DNA from: Lentimicrobiaceae bacterium | GTDB taxonomy: Bacteria; Bacteroidota; Bacteroidia; Bacteroidales; UBA4417 | Reading direction: 5' to 3' | Assembly: GCA_041753535.1 (NCBI GenBank) | Contig: JBGSUB010000033.1 | Location: 531 to 64,530, forward strand | Length of the DNA: 64,000 nt | Part shown: in pieces, positions 27,159 to 36,593 of the stretch | Position numbering within the stretch: the stretch's first letter is position 1 | Layout: every line of letters starts with the position of its first letter | Translations under genes and position numbers: made by a program | The notes under the pieces: model-generated | What the model was told of the DNA's origin: nothing | The model's database searches: none | Seen by the model: only the letters and a program-made list of their open reading frames with translations

Positions 27159-30100
27159 TTAGAAATTCACTTCTATTCCACAAATAAGTGAACGCATCTG
27201 GGGTGCGGTAAAGAAGTCAACGCCCATCGACACGTTATTTGCCTGGGTGGATGCTCCGGCACTGAGGCTGTTCACTTCCGGATCAAAACCCGGATATTTG
27301 GTAAATGTCAGCAGGTTTTGCCCTGAAACATAGATACGTACTTTATCGAAATTTATCTTCTGGGTGACACGTGCCGGCAGGTTGTAACCAAATGCCACAT
27401 TTCTGACCCGCAGGAAAGAGCCATCTTCCAGATAACGTGTAGAGTGCTGCGAACCGTTCCTTGAATCGAACCGGGCCTGGGGCACATCAGTGATATCGCC
27501 TGGTTTCTGCCAGCGATTCAACTGTGATGTTGACTGGTTGTCCCACGATTCGGCATTAGCCGAAAGATAGCGATCAGCGCTCATATAGATTTTATTCCCG
27601 TAAACAAAACTCATTAAAATATTCAGGTCGAACTGGTAGTATGTGAAAATATTGGTCAGGCCGCCAATAAAATCCGGGTTCGGAGAGCCTGCAACCACGG
27701 TTTTTGCCTCATTGTAATTATTGGTTGTAAGTCCGCTGCCATCATTCTTATAAAAGAGCGCATCACCTGTCATAGGATGAACTCCGGCATATTCAGCCAT
27801 CTTAAAAACACCAATCTCCTCCCCTTCAATCACATAGTTTACTCCGTAAGCAATCTCAGGACCATCAATACTCAAGACTTTATTTTTGTTGAACGCTATA
27901 TTAAATTCTGTTGTCCATTTAAGAGCGCGGGTTGTATTATGCGATTTCAGGGAAAACTCAATGCCCCTGTTTTCAAGACTTCCAACGTTCATAATTACTT
28001 CTGTATAACCGCTTGTTGCCGGGAGTGAGCGATACAGCAACATATCGGTAGTCTTTTTATGATACAAATCAACCTGCCCGCTTATACGGTCTTTAAACAA
28101 ACCAAAGTCGAGGCCTATATCCAATTGTGTGGTTTCTTCCCAGCTAAGTCCCGGATTTTCCAGTTGCGAAGGTGTAAGGCCAGTTACTCCTACATAATTA
28201 ACTCCGTCATACAATCCCAGTGCAGCATAGTTTCCAATCTCTGAATTGCCTGTTTTCCCTATGCTAAACCTGAGCTTCATAAAGCTGATTGCTTTGGATG
28301 TTTTCAGGAATTGTTCCTCCGACATAATCCAGCCCAGGGAAGCAGCAGGAAAGAAACCATAGCGGTTGTCGTTTCCGAAACGGGAAGCACCATCAAGCCT
28401 TCCACTCAGTGAAAGCAGGTATTTTTTGTTGAGTTTGTAGTTGGCGCGTGTAAAATAACTCAGGTAACTGTTTCCATAGCCCCAGCCAGTATAATCGGTA
28501 ATTTCGGCTGCACTCGACATATTCTTGAAATCATCGGAAATAAAACCGCGTCCCTCCATCGAAGTGCCACTTGAACTGGAATTCTGGAACGACATGCCGG
28601 CAACCACATTCAGGGTATGGATATCTTTCCATGTTTTATCAAAGGAGAAGTAATTATTGGTATTGTAATTATACACACTTACTTCGCGATTGATACTTAA
28701 GCCACCGGGCTTGCCCCAGTTGGTGTAACGGCCGTAATAATTTTTTTCATGCTGGGTAAGAATATCAGTACCAAATTCAGAGCGGAAGGAAAGCCAGTCT
28801 GTAAATTTAATCTGTCCGTATATATTTACAAAAGCCCTGAAAACCTGTGTTTTGTTTTGTGCGTCCCTATAGTCGATAAGGCTGTTGTAGTACACTGTTT
28901 TCGTATTGTATTCGCCGGTTGCCGGATCAATAACGGACTGTGCCGAGGGAATTGCCACCATTTGAATGGGATTGGCAAAAGCATTATCTTCTACAATCCG
29001 GTCGAGTGTGGTTTGTACCAGGTTCATATTTATACCAAAAGATATGTGCTTTGAAGCTTCCTGATCGAGGTTAAGCCTGCCGCTTATTTTCTGAATGTTA
29101 TTACCGATAAGTATTCCATCCTGATTATCATAAGTAATTCCTGTGTAGAAGCGTGTTTTCTCGGTACCACCGGTAGCTGAAAGATTTACCCTTTGGAGTA
29201 ATCCATTTTGAAAAGCTTCGTTCTGCCAATCTGTATCTGTACCATCGCGCCATCCGGGAATATACACATCTTTAAGCTCATCCGGAGTTTTCCAGCCCCA
29301 TATCAGGCCATTATCATCCACGGAATTATTCAGCGATTCATCCATCAGTTCAAGGTATTCGGCCCGGTTGCACCAGTCGCGCAAATGACTTGGCTGATTT
29401 ACCCCAAATATATAATTGAGCGCATAATTCGTTTTCCCGCTTTTCCCTTTCTTCGTTGTGATGAGTACTACTCCGTTAGAAGCCCTTGAGCCGTAAATAG
29501 CTGCGGCAGAAGCATCTTTCAATACCTGTATGGACTCAATATCATTGAAGTTAATATCCGTAAGCGGATTTGTAGGCTGGTTACTCAAATCGCCCTGGTT
29601 TTCGGTTGTGATGGGTACGCCGTCAACCACATACAATGGCTGATTGCTTGCTGATACGGATGAAGAACCGCGAATACGCATCATAATTGCTTCTCCCAGT
29701 TTGCCGCTTCCCTGCTGAACCTGTACACCGGCTGTTTGACCCTGAAGAACAGTTTCAAATCCCGGAGCAGTAAAACTTTTGAGTTCGCTGACATCAACTT
29801 TGCCAATGCTGCCGGTAAGGTCGCGTTTTATTTGAGTGCCATATCCAACAACTACGATTTCGTTTAGCCTCACTTCCTGCTCAACCAACACCATATTTAT
29901 TTCTGTCCGTTTTCCTATAGCTACTTCTTCTACTTTCATCCCGATCAGTGAAAAAACGAGGATCTGGGCATTGTCGGGAACAAGGAGTTCATACTTACCG
30001 TTGATATCAGTGGATATACCTACTGTAGTGCCTTTAAAATAGACATTTACGCCAGGCATTGGCTGCCCGTCGGCAGCACTGGTTACTGTTCCCCGGATTT

Positions 30101-30539
30101 TACGCGGTTCAGGCACAATGTTCGCAGGTACGGGTTTGAGTTTCCTGGCTGTTGAGGGAGAAAGTACGATGTAATTCTCAACAATTTTGTAGTCGAGGCT
30201 GGTATTTACCAGTACTTTTTTCAATGCTTCATCGAGGGTAGCATTTTTAATTACCAGGTTAATTTTTTCTTCAAGGTTAACCTCGTCGTTACTGAAAATG
30301 AATAAATGATCACTCTGTTCGGAGATTTCTGTCATTGCCTGAGCAAACGAGGCATCATGAAGTTTAAGGCTGATCAGGCCATTCTGCGAATAAACACCCG
30401 CAGTGGATTGCAGCACACTGATAAGGGTAAGAAAAAGGAAGATCTTCATACGGATCACATAAAACTTAAGTTCTTTCCATCTGGCCTGGCTGGGCCATTG
30501 TAGCTTTTTATTCATACCTTTGTAATTGAGGTTATACAA
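27159..30539 (-). CDS. SusC/RagA TonB-dependent transducer with N-terminal signalling (STN) extension
   Basis: STN region, VVVGYGT, IRGSSS...PLYVVDG, IESIQVLKDASAAAIYGSRASNGVVLITTK, C-terminal Phe. Start uncertain (30539 is TTG; ATG 30515 is plausible). Confidence 0.95.
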   Translation of the reverse strand: MYNLNYKGMNKKLQWPSQARWKELKFYVIRMKIFLFLTLISVLQSTAGVYSQNGLISLKLHDASFAQAMTEISEQSDHLFIFSNDEVNLEEKINLVIKNATLDEALKKVLVNTSLDYKIVENYIVLSPSTARKLKPVPANIVPEPRKIRGTVTSAADGQPMPGVNVYFKGTTVGISTDINGKYELLVPDNAQILVFSLIGMKVEEVAIGKRTEINMVLVEQEVRLNEIVVVGYGTQIKRDLTGSIGKVDVSELKSFTAPGFETVLQGQTAGVQVQQGSGKLGEAIMMRIRGSSSVSASNQPLYVVDGVPITTENQGDLSNQPTNPLTDINFNDIESIQVLKDASAAAIYGSRASNGVVLITTKKGKSGKTNYALNYIFGVNQPSHLRDWCNRAEYLELMDESLNNSVDDNGLIWGWKTPDELKDVYIPGWRDGTDTDWQNEAFQNGLLQRVNLSATGGTEKTRFYTGITYDNQDGILIGNNIQKISGRLNLDQEASKHISFGINMNLVQTTLDRIVEDNAFANPIQMVAIPSAQSVIDPATGEYNTKTVYYNSLIDYRDAQNKTQVFRAFVNIYGQIKFTDWLSFRSEFGTDILTQHEKNYYGRYTNWGKPGGLSINREVSVYNYNTNNYFSFDKTWKDIHTLNVVAGMSFQNSSSSGTSMEGRGFISDDFKNMSSAAEITDYTGWGYGNSYLSYFTRANYKLNKKYLLSLSGRLDGASRFGNDNRYGFFPAASLGWIMSEEQFLKTSKAISFMKLRFSIGKTGNSEIGNYAALGLYDGVNYVGVTGLTPSQLENPGLSWEETTQLDIGLDFGLFKDRISGQVDLYHKKTTDMLLYRSLPATSGYTEVIMNVGSLENRGIEFSLKSHNTTRALKWTTEFNIAFNKNKVLSIDGPEIAYGVNYVIEGEEIGVFKMAEYAGVHPMTGDALFYKNDGSGLTTNNYNEAKTVVAGSPNPDFIGGLTNIFTYYQFDLNILMSFVYGNKIYMSADRYLSANAESWDNQSTSQLNRWQKPGDITDVPQARFDSRNGSQHSTRYLEDGSFLRVRNVAFGYNLPARVTQKINFDKVRIYVSGQNLLTFTKYPGFDPEVNSLSAGASTQANNVSMGVDFFTAPQMRSLICGIEVNF

Positions 30540-30619
30540 ATTGATGCCCTTCTCTCCCGAAAATTGAAGGCATCGGTTTACTTCCCGACCGGAAAATGTT
30601 TCAGCATTCTCCGGTTTTT

Positions 30620-31801
30620 TTATTCTACTGTAATGAGTTTGTCGCTGACTTCAAATTTTACATGTGTGGTTTGCGAAATAAGGTTTAACAAAAACCGGAT
30701 ATCCCTGCTGTTTTCTAAAGCACCGCTGAAATGCAACCGCTTCGGTTTTTCATTTTTATAGGTTATTTTTACTCCATACCAGCGTTCGAGCCTTGTTGTC
30801 AGTTCTTCTAAAGGCATGTTGCTGAAGTACATTATTCCGTCCTTCCACGATGTAAAGTACCGTGTATCCACAGTTTCAATAGCAATTGACTGATCAGCAT
30901 TGTCAATCCTTGCCATTTGCTCAGGTTTGAGGCTTATAACTTTCCCTCCTTTTCCTGTAATTTCAACAGCCCCGTTAACAAGAGTTGTTTCCATGTAAGC
31001 ATCAGCAGGATAAACCGATACATTGAACGAAGTCCCCAGTACTTTGATCTCGTATCCGTTGGCATCGATAATAAATGGACGTGTTGCATCTTTTGCCACT
31101 TCAAAGAAAGCTTCTCCCGTTAGTTTTATTCTTCGTTGCGATTTGCCGAAAGCAAGCGGGTATTCCAATTGAGAAACTGAATTCATCCAGACTTTTGTAC
31201 CATCCGATAACTGTATTTCGTATCGCGCTCCTGCCGGCACCACTAATTTATTAGAAGCCTTTTCGTCGGGATTGGAATACGATTGACCGTATGCAAGCAT
31301 CTGGCCAGGCGTATTCCTGATATTACCTCCGCCCGGTTCTTTCAGCAATGTATCGCCGGGATTATCTAAAACCATCTCACTGCCATCAGATAAAATCAAA
31401 ACAGCTTTATTATTCCTTTCAACCTTTTGTATATGGACCTGGGCTGTTTCTTTCGAAGGGGTTTTTACTGTTGTGCGTAAATACCAGGCAAAACTGATAA
31501 TTACCAACAGAGCTGCAGCGTATTTCGACCATTTCCAGGCCAGGGTACGGATTGGTTTTGGGGAATGAATTTTCTGCTGAATGGCTTTCCAGCCCTGTGC
31601 TTCATTTACCTGGCTGCGGAGGTACAGTAAATGCTGTTTCTGCAATAATTCCTGTAATTCCTCTATTTCGGCACGGTGCTGCGGATTTTGCGAAATCCAG
31701 TTCTGCAATTGTAATTCCTGTTCGGGCGTTAGCTTTCCACTAGCTTTGGCGGCCAATATTTCGAGCACAAAATCCGGTATGTTATAATGATCTCTTTCCA
31801 T
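30620..31801 (-). CDS. FecR-family anti-sigma factor
   Basis: LSDGTKVWMNS.S.L.YP, R.IKL.GEAFFEVAKD, VLGTSFNVS, SWKDG, LERWY. Start set at ATG 31801 because the upstream TTG overlaps the promoter-like motif. Confidence 0.93.
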   Translation of the reverse strand: MERDHYNIPDFVLEILAAKASGKLTPEQELQLQNWISQNPQHRAEIEELQELLQKQHLLYLRSQVNEAQGWKAIQQKIHSPKPIRTLAWKWSKYAAALLVIISFAWYLRTTVKTPSKETAQVHIQKVERNNKAVLILSDGSEMVLDNPGDTLLKEPGGGNIRNTPGQMLAYGQSYSNPDEKASNKLVVPAGARYEIQLSDGTKVWMNSVSQLEYPLAFGKSQRRIKLTGEAFFEVAKDATRPFIIDANGYEIKVLGTSFNVSVYPADAYMETTLVNGAVEITGKGGKVISLKPEQMARIDNADQSIAIETVDTRYFTSWKDGIMYFSNMPLEELTTRLERWYGVKITYKNEKPKRLHFSGALENSRDIRFLLNLISQTTHVKFEVSDKLITVE

Positions 31802-31813
31802 AATATGGTTTAA

Positions 31814-31839
31814 AGACAAAATTTTTAAGAAAATGGGTG
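31814..31839 (-). promoter_or_regulatory. Candidate ECF-sigma promoter upstream of fecR
   Basis: Minus strand CACCC-N16-TGTCT, 12 nt before the fecR ATG; resembles motifs seen upstream of Bacteroidota anti-sigma genes. Confidence 0.45.
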
Positions 31840-31851
31840 GGTGGGTTGGTA

Positions 31852-32406
31852 TTATTTTTTTACGAGGTAATACGATTTCAGCCGGGAATTGCTTTTCAGG
31901 ATCCGCAGGGCATTTTTCAGGTGTGATTTAACGGTATTTACTGATAAATGAAGGTTTACAGCAGCAGCTTTATATGGAAGTTCATCAAAATAAATAAGCT
32001 CAAAAACTTTACGGCATTGTTCGGGCAGTTCACTCACTGCTTTGGCTATTACCTTTTGCTCCTCTTTGTTCAGTAAAAAATCCAGAGCTTGAACAGCCAC
32101 TTTATCGAAAGGTATTTCTGATTGTTTTTTTTCGACGTTTTTTTGCTTGTGCAGGTAATTAACACAGGCATTACGCACCGAAGTCTGAAGATATCCCTTT
32201 AACGTGGAATTGATCCGGGTTTGGCACTTTTGTTCCCAGAAACCCACAAATACCTGCTGCACAATATCTTCTGCAACCACCTGGCTACCAGTAAACAATC
32301 TGGCCACAACACAGAAATCCGCATAATAGAGGTCGAACATTTGTTTAAATGCTTTTTCCTCATCACAGGCGAAAAGTGCCAATATACCGGAATCTTCCTG
32401 GTCCAT
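31852..32406 (-). CDS. ECF RNA polymerase sigma-70 factor
   Basis: DEEKAFKQMFDLYY, AEDIVQQVF, YLQTSVRNAC.N, LPEQCRKVFEL, SVNTVKSHLKNA. Confidence 0.93.
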   Translation of the reverse strand: MDQEDSGILALFACDEEKAFKQMFDLYYADFCVVARLFTGSQVVAEDIVQQVFVGFWEQKCQTRINSTLKGYLQTSVRNACVNYLHKQKNVEKKQSEIPFDKVAVQALDFLLNKEEQKVIAKAVSELPEQCRKVFELIYFDELPYKAAAVNLHLSVNTVKSHLKNALRILKSNSRLKSYYLVKK

Positions 32407-32495
32407 TAATCGGGTAATAAATTATCGTTAAACTGAGATTGAAAACGTGGGCAAAACTATTGATTTCCCTAATAATCTGAATATTGTAATGCAAA

Positions 32496-32503
32496 CAAAA
32501 ATA
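32496..32503 (-). promoter_or_regulatory. -7 promoter element for the ECF sigma gene
   Basis: Minus-strand TATTTTTG about 90 nt upstream of the ATG. Confidence 0.5.
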
Positions 32504-32733
32504 CAAACATTTTTGTAAGCGTAACAACAAAAACACGAAAGCACAATCCGGATTAGTTTGCAAGGCATAATACCTGAGAATAGAAAAGGATCCCAGGCAA
32601 AAAGTGATTTACCAAGTAGCATTCATCAAGGCAATTTGCAGGATTAAAGACACTACATGTCTGTGGTATAAGCTATTAGTGAACTTCCCTTTGAAAAGGG
32701 GAAAGGTTCTTTCTAAGCAAGCATAGAATTGAT

Positions 32734-34443
32734 TTAATCCCAAATTAAAATCATATCGCTCCCCGGCTGAAGCTTAAAGGAATCAATTTTTATGCTTTTA
32801 CCTGGCGTCACAATATATTTCACTGAACTATATTCCCCTGTTTCACAATCAAAACAGTTCATTTCACCTGCAGTTTTTGAAGGGATTTTACCATTGAAAA
32901 TAATACTTTCAGCATTCGTGGTTGAATTATAGAGGTAGGCAAAATTCTTTTCGCCACATCGTACGCCATAAGCCTTCACTCCTTCCTGAACCGCTTTCAT
33001 ATCAAACAATTCAAATTTTCCTTTCCCTGCTTCGAGCATACTGCGGTTGATTTCGCTCACTTTCGTGAAATAGCTCATCATACCCCTGTTTTCGAAAAAT
33101 TCCCACCACCACGACATGGGCAAAACAGGCGTCGGACTGAAAAGGCCGTACCATAATGCCCTTTTAAAATCGCCATCCATTTCGTCACCAAAATCGTTAA
33201 AGTTTTTACTCCAGTCCCATTCGTAGCCCGATTCGCCAATAATGTAAGGTTTGTTGTGCTTTTTCGTGTATTCGCGGATTGTTCCCGGAATCCCGGCAGT
33301 ATTCTTGTAAATGTGTTTTTGGTTGATATCCAAATTTTTCAAATCGTTCATTCCTTCAATATCGCGATGCGAAACACTGGTTGTTACCATATGATTAAAC
33401 GGATCAATGGTTTTCAGAAAGGTACTCATTTCGTCGTGCCAGGCGGTAATTGCCGAAGGCGGAAGCTGATCTTCGGGCTTCACATTATACATGGCATTGT
33501 CTATTTCGTTAAAAAACTCCCAGGCACCGATTGACGGACTGTAACCATAACGGGCAACCATCAACCGCAGTTTATTTTTATATTGCTGCCTCGCTTCCGG
33601 AAGCGTGAAAAATTCGAGTGGCGTTTTTGCCGAACCTCCGTTAGCAACATTGTAACTGCTCATTTTCCACCCATCACCCATAAAACCTACGTGGCTTTCC
33701 AGAGCCAGCATCATATGTATGTTTAGCGAATCGCAGAGCTCAACCAACTGATCCATGCGTTTCATGCCGCTTTCGTTGTATGGAGATGTTGTATTCTGAT
33801 AGCGGCTGTTATTTATGACTGTCTTCCAGTCCACGGGCAGGTTCCAGTATATCATCCAGGTGCGGAAGAAATTACCGCCATTAGCCGCCAGCTTTTTCAG
33901 CATATACTCATAATTAAACCGCCTATCTTCATGCAACGCTTTAAAGTATTTTGAATCATCTTCGTCACGCGATTCCCAGCAGATATTTTCACCAATGCCG
34001 CGAAAAAGTTCACCGTTGTCATATTGGAAAGTCCAGAAATCATTCGGGTTCAGGAATCCTTTCCCTTTTGATGGAGACACACTGAATTCAGCTTCAGGAG
34101 TTGATGAAACGATTTTCCCGCTTTCCTTTAATTCGAAATGATATGAATAAACACCAGCTTCACGTGCGGTAAAACGGGCTTTCCAAACCGATTCGTCCCC
34201 ACTTTTGCCAGATTCGTAATAACAAGGCAAGGCCAATTGTTTGCCTGATGGCGAAGTGAGAACCATATCCAAGGCAATTTCGCTGAAGGCATAAGGATTG
34301 ATCCATTTAGCATTTAGCACCACTTTCCATTCGGCTTTCTGGTATTGACTAACCTTTGCCTGAAGCAATTCGGTTTTTAGAATCTGGGCTCTCAGGCTAA
34401 TGGAGAGAACAACTAATAGTGCTGCGATAATGAATCGGTTCAT
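32734..34443 (-). CDS. DUF5060-like N-terminal domain plus clan GH-A (GH5-like) glycoside hydrolase
   Basis: W.NPY....LD....PSGK....P.YY...WKARF; GGNFFRTW; AWEFFNEID (acid/base), HIY, IIGESG (nucleophile). Confidence 0.75.
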   Translation of the reverse strand: MNRFIIAALLVVLSISLRAQILKTELLQAKVSQYQKAEWKVVLNAKWINPYAFSEIALDMVLTSPSGKQLALPCYYESGKSGDESVWKARFTAREAGVYSYHFELKESGKIVSSTPEAEFSVSPSKGKGFLNPNDFWTFQYDNGELFRGIGENICWESRDEDDSKYFKALHEDRRFNYEYMLKKLAANGGNFFRTWMIYWNLPVDWKTVINNSRYQNTTSPYNESGMKRMDQLVELCDSLNIHMMLALESHVGFMGDGWKMSSYNVANGGSAKTPLEFFTLPEARQQYKNKLRLMVARYGYSPSIGAWEFFNEIDNAMYNVKPEDQLPPSAITAWHDEMSTFLKTIDPFNHMVTTSVSHRDIEGMNDLKNLDINQKHIYKNTAGIPGTIREYTKKHNKPYIIGESGYEWDWSKNFNDFGDEMDGDFKRALWYGLFSPTPVLPMSWWWEFFENRGMMSYFTKVSEINRSMLEAGKGKFELFDMKAVQEGVKAYGVRCGEKNFAYLYNSTTNAESIIFNGKIPSKTAGEMNCFDCETGEYSSVKYIVTPGKSIKIDSFKLQPGSDMILIWD

Positions 34444-34458
34444 AGGTATGATTTGGTG

Positions 34459-36477
34459 TTAATCGTTTATCAGGCTTGTGAAAGTTTGTGCTTCAGGTGT
34501 AAAGGTGGCTTTCCCGTTAGCAACAGGGATGGTTTTGATTTTTTTCATGCCACGGGTTGTATCCGTTACATACATATTGAACGATTTCACCAAATCAGGA
34601 ATACCTGTTACTGTGACTTCGCGGGTTGCCCCATTGTTGACAAGGTGAATGCTGTAAATCCCTTTTGCAATGTCGCCGGCAGCGGCGCAACTGATATTCG
34701 GCCGGTTGCCGGAAATTGGCATCCAGAATGAGCCTGCCGGTGTTACACCCAATTGTTTCAGGTTCCAGAAGCGTTGGGTTGGCCGTAGTGGTCCATTATC
34801 GCCATACAATCCTTTACCTGTGAGAACCGAATAGTCGGAAGTAAGCTGCCACTCCATTACTGTGATGGGCTGGCAGATGTTGCAGATGCGGATATAAGTA
34901 TCAATTTCACCCAGTTGAAACCAGGGCTGCAAGAACACCAATGGTGAACGGTGCGCGGCTGAATTGGTGCCTCCCTCAGCTACCATCAGCGGAACATTGA
35001 TGGCTTTGGATGCACGGGCCCATTCGTTCAAATCGCTGGTATTGCAACCGTGATATGTGTGTAGTGCAATAGCGCCAATGTATGGATGGATGAACGGATC
35101 GTTGATGCTTGGCCACACTATTTTATTGGCAAGGGCTGTTCCATGACCGGTGTCACCCAGCAACATTTTTGTAGCCAGTCCTTTCGATTTCAGGTAAGCA
35201 CCAATGGCTTTGTTAAAAATGGCATGTTCTTCTGGCGTTTGGAAAACCTCAACTCCGCAATCGGGTTCGTTAAACGAGAACATGCTGGCTTCAACACCAT
35301 ATTCCTGTTTCAGATAAAGGAGGTATAGTGCAATAGATTCGCATATCCGGTCCATCTTTTTCTGATCGAGATGCACGCCTTTTTTAGGAATGTTGTTTTT
35401 ATCAACGGCCCAATCGGGTGCGGCCCATACGGATACAATGACCGGGATATCGCGCTGCTGCAGTTTTTGGGCTAATTCCATTTGTTCGTATACACGTTTC
35501 GGAAGCTTACCGGCTTTGGCCTGCTCAATAGGATTTACGCCTTCGTCCGGCTGCCAGTTTTCCCACCACATCGAAATGCGCCCCCATGTAACACGCAGGC
35601 TGTCGAGGCAATAATCAATAACCATCGGGTCCTTATCGGGAAACTGATTGCGGTAGTTTCCGCTGATGCCATCCCATTTGCGACCGGGATTTTTTGCATC
35701 GAGTGCAAGAGTTACCGGCTCACGATCAATAGTCCCCGAGGCTTCAATATCGAAAGTCATTTGTTTCGAAACCCCTTTTTGGGCATTTCCTTTAATCATG
35801 GTAAAGTACAACTGGTAATCGGCCTTTCCTTTAACCGGATCGCTGTCAACAAACTTTTGTTGCGGCCAGGGATCGTTTTTATAAGCCGGATTACCATCGA
35901 AATCCTGACGCAGAAATACTTCCACTGTTTCATCCGAGGTAATTGTGTAAAGCCTGTTCGCCGATTCCCAAACTATTTTATTGGCTTTTACCCTGATAAA
36001 ATCTCCAGTGGTTTTTTTTGATGCCGTTTTCAAATCCAGTTCGGAAACCTGTTTCTTATTGTTGAAAAAAGAGATTGTTCCTGATGAAAACTCAGTTCCG
36101 GGCACTTCCATACAGAAATAGGTTCCGGCCTGTGAAATAACTTCGTTGGCTTTGACATTCATTTCTACCTGCGCGTTACCTTTCCCTGTTTCGCTCATGC
36201 GGCTGGTAAAATCGAGCGGCAGGCCAAGCAGGAAATGCGAAACGGTATGTGTGTTCCCTTCAACTGTATAGGTTTGAGTGCCTTCCCAGTTGTATTTTTC
36301 GGTTTTTACATAGCCTTTCCAGTCGGGATTTACTGATCGCAGCGATGTTTCGAACTTCATTTCTTCTCCTTCGACAAAAATGCTTTTAATATTCCCCCAG
36401 GGTGTACATACAGGTTGGGCAGACAAGCCATTTACCAGAAAAGCGAAAAGGATGGGTAGTATTTGTCTAAATTTCAT
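34459..36477 (-). CDS. Exported clan GH-A glycoside hydrolase-like protein (GH30/GH5-like C-terminal half)
   Basis: Signal peptide; VSVWAAP.W, FSFNEPD, ALHTY, LMVAEGG; GH30-type terminal beta-domain (HLVNNG...YVTD...AQTFTSL). Confidence 0.65.
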   Translation of the reverse strand: MKFRQILPILFAFLVNGLSAQPVCTPWGNIKSIFVEGEEMKFETSLRSVNPDWKGYVKTEKYNWEGTQTYTVEGNTHTVSHFLLGLPLDFTSRMSETGKGNAQVEMNVKANEVISQAGTYFCMEVPGTEFSSGTISFFNNKKQVSELDLKTASKKTTGDFIRVKANKIVWESANRLYTITSDETVEVFLRQDFDGNPAYKNDPWPQQKFVDSDPVKGKADYQLYFTMIKGNAQKGVSKQMTFDIEASGTIDREPVTLALDAKNPGRKWDGISGNYRNQFPDKDPMVIDYCLDSLRVTWGRISMWWENWQPDEGVNPIEQAKAGKLPKRVYEQMELAQKLQQRDIPVIVSVWAAPDWAVDKNNIPKKGVHLDQKKMDRICESIALYLLYLKQEYGVEASMFSFNEPDCGVEVFQTPEEHAIFNKAIGAYLKSKGLATKMLLGDTGHGTALANKIVWPSINDPFIHPYIGAIALHTYHGCNTSDLNEWARASKAINVPLMVAEGGTNSAAHRSPLVFLQPWFQLGEIDTYIRICNICQPITVMEWQLTSDYSVLTGKGLYGDNGPLRPTQRFWNLKQLGVTPAGSFWMPISGNRPNISCAAAGDIAKGIYSIHLVNNGATREVTVTGIPDLVKSFNMYVTDTTRGMKKIKTIPVANGKATFTPEAQTFTSLIND

Positions 36478-36593
36478 GTGTTATTAATTTGTTTTTTAAA
36501 GGTCACATGGAATACGCCAGATTGACTAAAATATCACCTTTAGTTAGTGAGTTATTCCAATCATGGCTATTTCATACTCTGAATTTTTTAAAA

